Below, piece after piece: positions 1 through 13,260 of a stretch of 60,000 nucleotides of DNA (the stretch's first letter is position 1; each line of letters starts with the position of its first letter). The translations under genes were made by a program, and so were the position numbers. The notes under the pieces were generated by a model. The model searched no databases and was not told where the DNA came from. It worked only from the letters and a program-made list of their open reading frames with translations. This DNA is from Botryllus schlosseri (Eukaryota). The stretch is from positions 9,550,001 to 9,610,000 of the forward strand of contig CM119371.1 of assembly GCA_051294905.1 (NCBI GenBank), in the 5' to 3' direction.

Positions 1-798
1 CTGTATTTATTTCCCATTCTCAATTTCATTCAACTTCTAGTCTTTGCGAATTCAGTAATTCTAATTCTAATCTAATTTGGAACAAATAGTGTAGCTCTAT
101 TGCTAATTCGGAATTATTCCCTCTCGGTCGGGTCTGTTCAACATTTCTGCTATTCACGGTCGCATTTCCATTTCATACATAGCACACGGTCGCTTTCTAG
201 CCGGACAGTCGTAATTCATTAATTGAAATTGTATGTTTCCGGTTGCCGACACACGCTCATCTAATTATGTGTAGACGGCCGCATAATAATTATTGTTCTA
301 CGGCCGGATGTTGGCCAGGCCACCCATGTTCTAGCTAGGTCGATGGTATTGCGACCACATTTGTGCTCAATATGTAGCGTTATATATCCGTGGCGGTATC
401 TCGTTAAGTACGCTAATCCGGTCTGCCGAATGTTCCAGTTAGGCTATGCATGTCGAAATAACTGTAGAAATTGCCAGTTGACTTTTGCTTCGAAGGGCAC
501 GGCATATAGACCAGACTTAAGGGATGGGATCGGGAAAAGTTTCCTGTCTGTCGTAAATGTTATCATCGGCGTGGCACGTGCATCTTGGTGTGACTGCGAT
601 AACAGTGGTTGTCCACTGTCCAGTGCATATGTACACGATTCCGTTGCGCTGAGTAATATAGTCAAGTCAGGTATAGAAGTCATATCCAAAACAGATATAA
701 AGTAGTCGTAAAAATGCAAGCGACGCAGGTCGCGTGGCTCAGAATGTTAGCTACCAGTGGCGGTTCCTTGCATAAGGCAATCGGGGCATTGCCTCACC

Positions 799-3663
799 CA
801 GTGGCGGCTCGCGACAATATCGGGTGGTGGGGCAATGGCGGCTAGCGACATTTTATCAAGATGACGTCACAATGGCGTTTTCCAACGTAAACAAGTAACT
901 TAATGATGGTACGGTAACATGAATTTCCCGACCACAGTGATTTTAACGTATGTGCCACGAGAGGTCTGCCGGTGAGCTGTGACTTGAAGTGTGGTAACTG
1001 CGTAAACGGCGTACGGAACAAAGATTTACCACGGTTCATGTTCGCACTTGATCTGACTAATTATCTGCAGAAATGGAAATGATTATAACTCGAGAGATTG
1101 CGAAAGCCTGACTGGAAAGGTCAGCGAGTTCGGACACATACGCAATGGTTATCTCATAGATTGGGCCTGTCATATTGAATCCGAAACATCATTCTGAAGA
1201 ACTAAGAATAGCAACCTCGGAAATTCGGTCTCGGTACAGCATAGGAGATTTTGGCCTTGGAACTGGAGACTGTAACACGACACATACGGCTTTAGTACTG
1301 TCTATAGGTCTGCTGCGAAATCGCCTTTGGAAAATATATTACCGAATAAAAACGTGGATGAAAGCCGTAAACTTAGTACACTGTTACATGACATCATCGA
1401 GAAGTAGCCTCATGGCCCTTTTCGGTATGGTACACTGTCAACATTAATACGAACAGACCAGCACTGAATTTTGTGTAAAATTTACTGAGGAATAGACTGA
1501 TCAAGTGATTACCTGTTAGCCGCCATCGAAAACGAAATAGCTATCACGCTTGACAGAGTGTTGTAAGCAAATGCCTTGAAGGCCACAATTTCACGCTGAA
1601 ATTGTCATTGGAGAATATAAAGTAAAAGTAAATATTTGAATGCAAACCGAGAATGTTAGTAAACTGTTTCATGATATCCATGATATCATCATCTCATCAC
1701 CTATCTCAGTAAGGAACACAGTTAACGTTTGCACAGATACCGGCTTTTGCGTGAATTACGCAATGCGTTGTAGGCAAAAGTGTCAGATCAGCGCACATCT
1801 CTCTCTACCATACTCGACCTTGATAACGAAATTACTGCCCTAATCATTGAGTGTCAACCTTGAGACTTGGCACAACGTTCGATACTAAAATCAAGACATA
1901 CCGTGCAAAAGCTTATGACGGATCTAGGTAAGGAGGATCGTTAAAATCAATAGAGACGAATACCGGCTCTGCGTAAAATCTGTCAGCGATAAATGACTAG
2001 TCAGCTCCCACTCGACTTAGGAAACGAAATTACCACGAACATGGTTCAGTCACAAACTTAAAACTTGGTACAGCGTTCGATACTAACATTAAGACTTACC
2101 GCGCCAAATGTCATGACTAAGGCGGTTTTTTTTACCTAAAAAAAAGAAAATTTTGACCTCAAAAATTGAAATTTTGACTTTTTTTGACTTAAACAAACTG
2201 AATTTTGACCTAACGTATGCAAATTAGGTGTTTTCCCACATAATGTTAAAATTGTACCACTTATCTTCATTTCTGGTTGGAACTGGCTGTCCTGACGAAG
2301 TAGTTTGGCCTGAAATAAAGTTTTTGGCTTAGAAACAGTCAACTTTTTACGTGAAAAAAACATTATTTTAACGAAATCTGCCCATATGAAGAATTCCAGT
2401 GGTTACAATACGTATTATGGTGGAAAGAAAATGTAGTACAACGGGAGATACTTTCCTACATTCTTGGGCAGAAAGTGCATGTCCTTACTAAGAAACTTGC
2501 CAAGGACGTTCAACAGCAGCAGTTTTTGACTGAAAAGTTGTGCGTACACTGCTGGTGACACGCCGTGTTGCTTCATTCTGACAATGATGTCTACATCACA
2601 ATTTTTTATCATGTGCTTCTCAATATAAGAACGATGCAATGCCCAAGAAGTTTTTCTTCAGTTAGGATATTGCGGTACGTTGACCATAATACCATCATGT
2701 CTACTATTTGTTTTATTTGACCGTTCATGATTCACAATGAGCAGAAAATTAGCCGTTTACAACGGTAGGCCTGTAAAGTAGGCTAAAAGCTGTGAAATAT
2801 CAAATGATACGTTCACCGACAGTGCAAAATCTACGATACAAACGAAATGCAGACGTCAAAAAAATTTTGACTCAATGAACAATTTTGACAAATTTTGACC
2901 TAACGCTACAATTTTGACAAATTTTGACCTAACGCTACAATTTTGACAAAATTTTGACAAATTTTGACATGTCAAAAAAAACCGCCCTAGTCATGACCGA
3001 TCTCGGTATGGAACATCGTCAAAATCAATGGATACCAATACCGGCTTTTGAGTAAAATCTGTTTGCGATACATGACGGATCAGCACACACTCAACTTCGG
3101 AAACGGAATTACTACCCTGAACTTCAAGTAGAAACCCTGAAACTTGGGGCAGTGTTAAATACCACCATCACGACATGACATACCAAGTTTCAAGAATCAT
3201 CATGGTGTGCACCATCAAAATCGACCTATACAAGCAAAGGTCGACTAAACGCATATGACGGTAACCGAGTTCAGATATAGATACGATTGTTGAATCACCC
3301 CTCAGGGGCACAGACCTATTTTGCCCCACTTGCTCAGTAATTTTATGAATAGGAGAGAGTAAATCACCGTTTCTTTATTGTGCGCGGCTTTGAGAGATTA
3401 GACAGTGAAAGCTTGTTATGAGCGCTACCGGGGCATGCCCAGGCTAGGCATTCGCAAAGCGAAAACACAGGAGAGAATTCGATTTTCGCATGGACTTCGC
3501 TACAAAACGGCATTTACAAGCGAAACGACAAGAAGAATACGATTTTCGCTGTGATTTCGGTATATATAGATTGCTGTACGTCTATAAATGGTAAACAATT
3601 GTTATTGAACAGAATTTTAGGTGGGGCAATGCCCCAGTTGCCCTATAGGACGAGCCGCCACTA
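799..3663. mobile_element. Non-autonomous hAT-like element, family A copy 1
   Basis: Termini CAGTGGCGGCTCG / CGAGCCGCCACTA; 8-bp TSD gcctcacc (791-798) / gcctcatc (3664-3671). Highly similar inverted copy at 9427-13038. Contains degenerate ~200-bp internal repeats. Confidence 0.85.
2118..2989. mobile_element. hAT-like MITE nested in family A copy 1
   Basis: TIR TA(A/G)GGCGGTTTTTTTT; perfect 8-bp TSD gtcatgac (2110-2117, 2990-2997); absent (single site) from the second family A copy near 10095; AATTTTGAC subterminal repeats. Confidence 0.88.
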
Positions 3664-4199
3664 GCCTCATCTATAATTCAGTGCTATAATGATATAAACA
3701 ACAATATGGATATAGCGAAATTGCGAAAAATGTGTTCGGTGTTTTCGCGTGAATTTTGGAGCCCTGGTAGCCTATAGTGCTCATAATATGATTCACTTAT
3801 CTGCTCTTCCAAAGACGCCGGTAATAAAGAAAGGAACGCTTTATTTTATTTATTCATCTTATTCGGTGAAATTAGTGGGCAACTTTTTAATTGCTCCGGT
3901 CTCGCATTTTGTATCTGTTGAATCTACACACACTTAGAATTATATTAGATGGTCACTTAACCTGTTATCCAAGTCAAGTGAGAACCTATGGGTCGCGTTG
4001 AATATTTGTTCCGTGTGCTGTTAATGCAGTTGCCTTTGAAGGAGCGACCCGGCGCGGGTGTCAGCCCCCTCCGGGTCGATGGCAAGGGTGAAAGAGCCGG
4101 TGGCCATGAAATTACTGATTTGGATTGCTTGCGATAAAACTGGCGTTAGAACGGCTCAGTTATCTATTGTCCAAGCGGCGCGAGCTAAAATAAAAACTT

Positions 4200-4430
4200 C
4201 GGGAAACACAGATTAAGAGCAATATTAAAAGGTGAAGAGACTTATTCGCTATCGACCAAAAAATTGTCCATTGATCCGATTAGTCATGGAGGTAAACGCG
4301 CTCATACCTACGCATGGCTGCCGTGTAGCGAGGATAATGACTCCTTATTTTGCTTTCGCTGTCTTTTATTCGAGACTGCATGTAGCTTGAAGCTCTCGTT
4401 TAGAGTTTCTTAAACTGGGACCCATTTATT
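4200..4430 (+). pseudogene. Degenerate hAT transposase N-terminal fragment (TTF-type zinc finger, ZMYM1-like)
   Basis: Frame from 4291 reads GKRAHTYAWLPCSEDNDSLFCFRCLLFE, matching WLxYSxxxDxxFCFxCxLF; a frameshifted SFLNW follows. Confidence 0.5.
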
Positions 4431-4492
4431 CTTATTCTTGACTTAAGTCCTTTTTTGTCCGTATTTTTATACTGTTATGTCCGCGTCACACT

Positions 4493-5757
4493 CAGGGCCG
4501 TAACAGCACTTCGTCAGCCCCCCTCAAAACGTTGGTCTTGGGTCCCCCATATGATGATAAACCGAACTTCTGGTGGGGCTCCGCCCCCCCCAGACCTCCC
4601 CCATGCTATCCGCAGTTGAACGCTACTTATCAACTTCATTAAGGAGGTTCATTGAGGAGTTTTCTCGCCTAAACGCGCCAAGCGCGAAAAATTTCTATAA
4701 TTCATGATTGAATCGGTCAATATGATCGGGAATTGCATATACATTGCGATCAACTTTTATCCTGTCTCTGCTTACGTAATCAGATGTGCAGGTAGAGCTG
4801 AGTGACGGGTGTTTCTGTTTGAAAAGGTAGGGCCCTCAATAATAATTAACATCTTCGGGCGTATACCCGTTGGCAGGAACGAAACAGCACTTCGTCAGGC
4901 CTCCCCAAAAAACTTTGTTCTTGGGCTGCCATATGATGATAAACCTACCCCCAATCACGTTGTTCGTTTTTGCTATGAAATTAGTTGTACTGTTCAGTGA
5001 GCCAGCGCCAGGCGCGAAAATTTTCGATAATTCATGATAAAATCGGTCGATAAGATCGGGAATTGCATATATATTGCTATCGATTACTTGTCCTCTCTGC
5101 TCACGTAATCAGATTTACTGGTAGAGCTGAGTGAGGTGTCTTGGAAATGTAGGGCCCGTTGGTATGACTCCGTAACATGATGTTATTTCGTGACCACCTG
5201 TCTGCTATACCAAAAGATATAGAATCGCCCAAACGTAGGCTATACTAAACTAAAAGACGCACACGATTTAAAATTTGCATTTCTTCACTGGCATATAATT
5301 TTTCACTGCGGGATGGTATTTTCTTGTGAGGTTCAGATTGCCAAGACAGAAACATTCGGCGCCAGTCATTTAGGCGCCTTCGGACAATTAAACCTATATG
5401 TATTTTGTATATGTAACGAAGTTTTCGGTCAGCATAAGGGCAGTCCTTTCCGGCCAAGGCTTTCTCGCTGCCGAGTCGCATGTTACATGGCCTAAAACTT
5501 TGTCTTGGTGCATCGTGGCGTGGTAATGGTCAACGCCGATATGCCCATTTCTTTAAATCTGGCGTATTTTGAGTACCCAAAAATCAAGATATTCGGCAAT
5601 TTAAAATCGCGCGCTACGCAAAAAAATTTTGAAAAACTTTCATGAATTTTCAAAAAATAGTCTCTAATTTATGCTCATTCACGAAATAATTTTGGGCCCC
5701 CTTCGAGCTCGCCCCCCCCCTAATTGGGGGGTTTGGAGTGCGGCAGTTACGGTCCTG
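4493..5757. mobile_element. hAT-like non-autonomous element
   Basis: TIR CAGGGCCGTAAC / GTTACGGTCCTG; perfect 8-bp TSD gtcacact (4485-4492, 5758-5765); internal duplication (~4503-4808 vs ~4884-5135). Confidence 0.85.
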
Positions 5758-5865
5758 GTCACACTCGTCACATGGACAGTGGACAATGCGAACTTTATTG
5801 ATTAAACTGTAATTGGTAATGACGACCGTAGCGAAGACTGAACGAAACCGAGGACCGTTTTAAGC

Positions 5866-5948
5866 AGCCACCACCCAAGCCACCACCCAAGCCACCACCC
5901 AAGCCACCACCCGAACCACCACCCAAGCCACCACCAGCCACCACCCAA
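5866..5948. repeat. 12-bp minisatellite (GCCACCACCCAA)n, about 7 copies
   Basis: Directly visible tandem repeat. Confidence 0.9.
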
Positions 5949-6163
5949 AACAATTTCGGGATTTACTCTAAAATAAAAGTTGGGAACTCCTAGTTGTTGA
6001 AACAAAACTGGGTATCGCTATCTTGAGCAGCATTTGCCAGAGCGTGTGAATGCACAACGAATTTTCGTAGTTCACGTGGATATATAGTGCTGTTAAATAC
6101 AAAATGTTAGATAGAATGAATATAATGTCCCAGCAGTCCTAGCTCAATGAAGGTCATTCCTTA

Positions 6164-6437
6164 TTTGTTTGTTTTGGGGTATTCATGGTGTTTGTCGACT
6201 ACTTTGGTCATGTATACCAGGCCGATATTCTTCTTATTTTCCGTAATTGCCGACTTATAGCACGGCCCACCTCTAGGCTTTTGTAAGACACCGCTTACAC
6301 GGATGATATGGCGAGGAGGAGCCTAGGTAAACCTCCAACACTTAGGTATCGGAATTCAGAAGTCGACCTCGGTCGGACTCGAACCCGCACCCATTGGTGT
6401 TGCAGCCGCTGACCATACCACTGCGCTGTCTCGCCAC
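6164..6437 (-). mobile_element. tRNA-derived SINE, family 1
   Basis: Reverse complement of 6552-6828; Pol III box A (CAGCGCAGTGG) and box B (GGTTCGAGTCC); (CAAA)n tail. Confidence 0.8.
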
Positions 6438-6551
6438 TGCGTCATTCCTTATTTGTATACGCAGGCAGAATGAGCTTGTAGATAACACTCGACACAATCT
6501 CTACGAAGATTGATGAAATTGAATTTACTGGATTTCACGAACCGCCCCGGC

Positions 6552-6828
6552 GTTGCGAGATAGCGCAGTGGCATAATCCGCGGCTGCAACACCAATGGGT
6601 GCGGGTTCGAGTCCGACCGAGGTCGACTTCCGAATTCCGATACCAAAGTGTCGGAGGTTTACCTAGGCTCCTCCTCGCCACCTCATCCGCGTCAGCGGTG
6701 TATTACAAAAGCCTAGAGGTGGGCAGTGCTATAAGTCGGCAGTTACGGAAGTTAAGAAGAATATCGACCTGGTGTAAATGACCATAGTAGTCGATAAACA
6801 CCATGATTACCCAAACAAACAAACAAAC
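6552..6828 (+). mobile_element. tRNA-derived SINE, family 1
   Basis: Box A TAGCGCAGTGG, box B GGTTCGAGTCC, non-tRNA body, (CAAA)n tail; further partial copies at 13655-14140 and ~23665-23770. Confidence 0.82.
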
Positions 6829-7067
6829 GAACTGTCCCTTATCTGTAGCCACGATGAGAAGGAAGGTTGTTCCAATACGGGGCATTGTGAGATTTAATTG
6901 ATTATCACAGGCTAACATAAAATTTTGGCATGGAAGGCAAGAACGATTATTGACTACATCCATTTCAAGGGCGCCGAGCTCGAAAATGTCATCATAGTTT
7001 TTGACAGATAGACTCTAGTTTTTTAGATATCGGCTAATTTTAGTTATAGTTAGCGAAAGCTGTTAAC

Positions 7068-8642
7068 CAGGCCTTGTTATTTTTGGCATTTCGGGAACCA
7101 AATGCCAAAACTGCCAAAAATAAGGCTTTTTGATAACATACATTTTTACGAAAGTTTTAGATAGAAATGTTCAAAAGTAATAAAATGAGTCTGCAAGAAG
7201 CGACAAAACAAGTGTGCAACGCTGAATTCCTTAACTGAGGTCCGTAAACCCTTCTAATGCTCGCGGTCTATCGTCCAAGGGATCTATGAAATGCGAATGA
7301 AAATGGACGGGTCGAGGCCAAAAAGTCGAGTACTGAAATCGTGATTTACGACATACTGTGGACTGATCAACCCTGGTAGTAAATGATGTCCAGAAATTAA
7401 AGATGCATTTCAATAACTAGACATTTTCTGTTTCCACCGCTCGTGCATTTTGTTACCGCATGTATAGCCGACACGCGCGACCCATGCTGCATTTAGGCCC
7501 ATGCGTCATTGCGTATACATAATTCCATTTATATACTTTCAAGTTGTTAATTGTCAGCATATGGTGCAATCACTGATAGACTGTGTCCCGTGGGACAATA
7601 GGAATATAGTTTCATCAATGAACAATTGACCATACACACTTACACAGTGCAGAATGCCTCATTCACCAAGAATCAACTCCCATCAATGCGTGCCATACGC
7701 CGGCCTGCAAACATTCAGTCCATTACTGCTTTTTTTACCCGTTGGATATTTTTTCATATTATATAGAATATTAAAGTCACTCATGATTTCTAACCATTCG
7801 TTAGCGAGTGATAAGGTCCGTGATTCATTCAAACGTGTCAGCAACGATTTAGAATTGTTATCAAAAGTGGTATTACAATCCGAGTGAATACAGGTAGTTA
7901 TGCACGCCTATCGAATCGACTATTCGGATTAGACTTTGCAGAAGCAGTCGGTCGGTTTTGTATCGGGTCAATTGACTCTCTGAAAGCGTTGTCAATCCAG
8001 TTTTTACTCTCGCTGTTACATGACACAACGTGGATACTCCACATTCGTTTAATATGAAAGATTACACTATATAGCGTTTCAAATCGTTAATTCGAGTATG
8101 CAAATATGAAATCCTGTCGATGCCAATACCGCTCCAAATAAAATTTGCCAAATGCCAAAAATAAGCGATTTATGGTATTTTTGGCTTATACGTACCATGC
8201 ATACATATGTACATGCAGTCCTTTCCTAGTTTTCATTGCCGGGTAGTGATTAGTGAAGGCTGCTATTCAAACGAGTCAGAAACTCTTTTGAATTGTTATC
8301 GTAAGTATTATGACTTGTGCCAATGCCGGTAATTTTGTACGCATAGTGAATCAACTATTAAGAATAGATATTGCAGGAGCTCTCGTTTTTTTTATCGGGT
8401 AAATTTGGTCTCCAACATCGTTTACAATTTGGATGTAAATCTTGCTGTTTGACGGCAGAGTTTGGATACTGCATGTTTTGTGACTTCCGTTCCATAAGAA
8501 AGACCAAACGGAAGCAATTGACATGGTTAATTCGAGTCTATAAATATGAATTCATGGCGATGCCAAAATTGCCAAAACTAAAATCTGAAAAATGCCAAAA
8601 ATAAGCTATGCAGTAAGCTTATGCCGAAAATAACACGGCCTG
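7068..8642. mobile_element. hAT-like non-autonomous element
   Basis: TIR CAGGCCTTGTTATTTTTGGCAT / ATGCCGAAAATAACACGGCCTG; TGCCAAAA subterminal repeats; TSD degraded (ctgttaac / cagtcaaa). Confidence 0.65.
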
Positions 8643-10509
8643 CAGTCAAAATAAAAAATAGGCCTCTCTATGATAACTTACAGAACAAAACTAACTATTG
8701 CCTTATTAGTGCACTACAACGTTTATGTCAGTAGTGCTAGATGGAAGATGATATAAACTAATATATTGCCTTATTGCCTTATTTACATCCCAAGCGACAG
8801 ATAACCGATGTTGCTCACTAGCATATATTTTTTCCTTGGTATATGTAGTACAGCAATAAAGGTATTTGCTGGTCGATATAATTCTTCTTAAAACACAGAT
8901 ATTTCTCAATACATACGAATGTATTTCAGATGTTGATGCAAGCAGGTTTAGCAAATGAATCTAATATGAATAGCGTCTCGAATCATGGCGTTTTATAATA
9001 GAAGTAAATTACGCCAGGATGTAATCATCGATTGCCAGTGTATGGCGCAATAAATATACGGGATATAAATTACGTGGTTGGACGATAACAGGAATTCCCT
9101 GCGGTAGTAAGCGCAGCTATATCTCAAAAACTAGAGCGCTTCGGCATAGGTATAATGGCATTTTCTTACTCAGCGCCCCTGATTTACCTCCTAATCGATT
9201 TAACATGTCTTGGTATTTGAATTTGTTGTTGACCTGTGTTATATACGGTTTCTATGAATAGCAGTGTACGAGAATATTTTGACATCGCGGGTAAGCTGTT
9301 CCCACGGCATATGGGTTGAAAATGATGCTCTCCAGGAGTCGTGTGACAACTATGAAGTCGCATTTTCGTGTCGGAATACTACATTTGACCAAGTTATGCC
9401 TTGCCCGGCTACCCAATCTGCTGTACCAGTGGCGGCTCGTCCTATAGGGCAACTGGGGCATTGCCCCACCTAAAATTCTGTTCAATAACAATTCTTTACC
9501 ATTTATAGACGCACACCAATCTATATATACCGAAATCACAGCGAAAATGGTATTCTTCTTGTCCTTTCGCTTGTAAATGCCCATATATAGCGAAGTCTCT
9601 GCGAAAATCGAATTCTCTTCTGTGTTTTCGCTTTGCGAATGCCTAGCCGGGGCATGCCCCGGTAGCGCTCATAACAAGCTTTCACTGTCTATTCGCTCAA
9701 AGCCGCGCACAATAAAGAAACGATGATTTACTCTCTCCTATTCATAAAATTACCGAGCAACCGGGGCACAATAGCTCTGTGCCCCTAAGGTGTGATGTAA
9801 CAATCGTATCTATATCTGAACTGGGTTACCGTCATATGCGTTTAGTCGACCTTTGCTGGTATAGGTCGATTTTGATGGTGTTTCACACCATGAAAACTCT
9901 TGAAACTTGGTATGTCATGTCGTGATGGTGGTATTTAACACTGCCCCTAGTTTCAGGGTTTCTACTTCAAGTTTAGGGTAGTAATTCCGTTTCCGAAGTT
10001 GAGTGTGTGCTGATCCGTCAAGTATCGCAAACAGATTTTACTCAAAAGCCGGTATTGGTATCCATTGATTTTGACGATGTTCAATACTGAGATCGGTTAT
10101 GACATTTGGCACGGTAAGTCTTAATGTTAGTATCGAACTTTGTACCAAGTTTTAAGTTTGGCACTGAACTGTGTTACTGGTAATTTCGTTTCCTAATTCG
10201 AGTGAGAGCTGACTCGTCAGTTATCGCTAACATATTATATTATACGCAAAGCCCGTATTGGTCTCTATTGATTTTAACGATGCTCCTTACCTAGATCCGT
10301 CATAAGCTTTTGCACGGTATGTCTTGATTTTAGTATCGAACGCTGTGCCAAGTCTCAGGTTGACACTCAATGATTAGGGCAGTAATTTCGGTTTCAAGGT
10401 CGAGTATGGTAGAGATGTGCTCCGATCTGACACTTTAGCCTACAACGCATTGCGGATTTCACGCAAAAGCCGGTGTATCTGCGGTAACGTTAACTGAGAT
10501 GATGATATC

Positions 10510-12166
10510 ATAGTGTCCTATATGGTGTCGACACAAGCAAATCTCACGGTTCAATGAAATTGTATCACGTCACAATTTCCATTTGGCTACAGGCAATTTG
10601 ACGGTTATTTTTGACCGGCTTGCCGAGCAATAAATTTGATGAATCGGGTATCAATCGAAAGCTGACTCTGCACTGATTACGAAAATATAAATTTTATTCC
10701 CCGCATGGCCCTGGAACCCCCACAATCAGCCCCAAATTATTCATTGTTGAGTAGATTGGCAGTGTGACGCAACAATGCTGTCTGGCGAAACGAGAGATAA
10801 ACTCAAGAGCAAGGATGCGGCCGAGCGGCGAGAGTGGGATCAGCTGACGTCGCGGCATGCAATAGCTATGTGCAATCGCGTCGCAGAGAAACGCTGCGCT
10901 GTTGATACTTTTTCTATTTGCTTCGGTACAAGCGAGCACGCCTTTCCTTGACTTTTAAGGGTAGAACTGGGTCCACAGAATGTATTTGGTCCCTACCAAT
11001 TTTCGCGCAATATCCTTCAGCTGATAGAGATATGTAGGCTACGTCTAAGTAGTCAACATTGGATATGTCAGATTACTATGATATCGATTACCTTAGCTCG
11101 CTTGTTGCGTAGGGCTCCAGAGAAGCGTGGCGCTGTTGATACTTTCTATAGGCGCTTCGCTAAAAGCGAGCACACATTACCAGCCTTTCCTTGATTTGTA
11201 AGGGTAGAACTGGGTCCACAGAATGTATTTGGTCCCTACCAATTTTCGCGCAATATCCTTCAGCTGATAGAGATATGTAGGCTACGTCTAAGTAGTCAAC
11301 ATTGGATATGTCAGATTACTATGATATCGATTACCTTAGCTCGCTTGTTGCGTAGGGCTCCAGAGAAGCGTGGCGCTGTTGATACTTTCTATAGGCGCTT
11401 CGCTAAAAGCGAGCACACATTACCAGCCTTTCCTTGATTTGTAAGGGTAGAACTGGGTCCACAGAATGTATTTGGTCCCTACCAATTTTCGCGCAATATC
11501 CTTCAGCTGATAGAGATATGTAGGCTACGTCTAAGTAGTCTACATTGGATATGTCAGATTATTATGATATCGATTACCTTAGCCCGCTTGTTGCGTAGGG
11601 CTCCAGAGATGCGTGGCGCTGTTGATACTTTCTATAGGCGCTTCGCTGAAAGCGAGCACACATTACCAGCCTTTCCTTGATTTCTAAAGGTAGAACTGGG
11701 TCCACAGAATGTATTTGGGACCTACGAATTTCCCTGCAATATCCTTCAACTTATAGAGATCCTTCCGTCTAAGTATAGCTAGGTTAGTTATCTATAATTC
11801 CACAATGCACATAGCTATTGCCGCGACGTCAGCTGATCCCACTCTCGCCGCTCGGCCGCATCCTTCCTCTTGAGTTTCTCACTCGTTTTGCCAGACAGCA
11901 TTGTTGCGTCACACTGCCAATCTACTCAACAATGAATAATTTGGGGCTGATTGTGGGGGTTCCAGGGCCATGAGTGGAATAAAATTTATATTTTCGTAAT
12001 CAGTGCAAAGTTAGCTTTCGATTGATACCCGATTCATCAAATTTATTGCTCGGCAAGCCGGTCAAAAATAACCGTCAAATTGCCTGTAGCCAAATGGAAA
12101 TTGTGACGTGATACAATTTCATTGAACCGTGAGATTTGCTTGTGTCGACACCATATCGGACACTAT
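10510..12166. mobile_element. Foldback element with ~360-bp TIRs and internal 243-bp tandem repeat (Mutator-like), nested in family A copy 2
   Basis: 10510-~10875 is the reverse complement of ~11800-12166; flanked by duplicated gatgatatc (9 bp; ambiguous 7-13 bp because the site is palindromic); absent from copy 1. Confidence 0.8.
10893..11760. repeat. 243-bp tandem repeat, about 3.5 copies
   Basis: TGTATTTGG recurs at 10981, 11224, 11467 and 11710; the middle units are nearly identical. Confidence 0.92.
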
Positions 12167-13260
12167 GATGATATCATTCTCAGTTCGCATTCAAATATTT
12201 AATTTGATATTGTATTATCCAATGTCAATTTCACCGTGAAATTGTGGCCTTCACGCCATTTGCTTACAACCCCCTCCCTGTCAAGCGCGATAGCTATTTC
12301 GTTTTCGATGGCGCCTAACAGCTGATCACTTGATCAGCCTATTCCTCAGTAAATTTTACGCAAAATTCGGTGTTGGTCTGTTCGCATTAATTTTGACAGT
12401 GTACCATACCGATAAGGGCCATGAGGCCACTTCTCGATGATGTCATGTAACAGTGTGCTAAGTTTAAGGCTTTCATCCACGTATTTATTCGGTAATATAT
12501 TTTCCAAACGCGATTTCGCAGCAGACCTATAGACAGTAATAAAGCCGTATGTGTCGTGTTACAGTCTCCAGTTTCATGGCCAAAATCTATGCTGTACCGA
12601 GACCGAATTTCCGAGGCTGCTATTCTTAGTTCTTCAGAATGATGTTTTGGATTCAATATGACAGGCCCAATCTATGAGATAACAATTGCGTATCTGTCCG
12701 AACTCGTTGACCTTTCCAATTAGGCTTACGCTATCTCTCGAGGAATAGTCATTTCCATTTCTGCAGATAATTAGTCAGGTATAGTGCGAACATGAACCGT
12801 GTTGAATCTTTGTTCCGTACGCCGTTTACACAGTTACCACACTTCAAGTCACAGCTCACCGGCGGACCTCTCGTGGCACATACGTTAAGGTTGAAATCAC
12901 TGTTACCGGCAAATTCATGTTACTGTACCATCATTAAGTTACTTGTTTACGTTGGAAAACGCCATTGTGACGTCATCTTGATAAAAAGTCGCTTGCAGCC
13001 CTTGCCCCACCACCCGATATTGTCACGAGTCGCCACTGTGCTGTACACTTTTAAAACCTGCTCACAAGACACATGCTTAAATTCTCAAAAACAAAAGAGG
13101 ACTGAATTTCACGAAATATATTTGTTTTCAACGTGATAAAATCGACTGTGGAAAGAAAGTACTACGCAAAATCTCATATATAAAGCTATTGCCGAAAAGG
13201 CGAAATTACAATTCTCAGAGACACGCCTGTGCCGAGGATGAGGCTTATAAAATATTGCAC

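Larger units (their letters stand above)
9427..13038. mobile_element. Non-autonomous hAT-like element, family A copy 2 (inverted relative to copy 1)
   Basis: Termini CAGTGGCGGCTCG / CGAGTCGCCACTG; perfect 8-bp TSD tgctgtac (9419-9426, 13039-13046). Confidence 0.9.

Noticed and set aside
842..1447. ORFs MNRGKSLF.. and MNPKHHSE.., with homologues at 12387-13136
   Set aside because: They recur only because they lie in the two copies of hAT family A. RIKTWM..MT..R..L faintly resembles a hAT dimerisation domain but is too degenerate to call.
5802..6005. ORF with GWWLGWW repeats
   Set aside because: Translation of the 12-bp minisatellite; no evidence for coding.
6552..6630. Possible tRNA gene (GCA anticodon-like loop)
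   Set aside because: No proper cloverleaf or acceptor stem; it continues into a repeated body with a (CAAA)n tail, so it is a SINE head.
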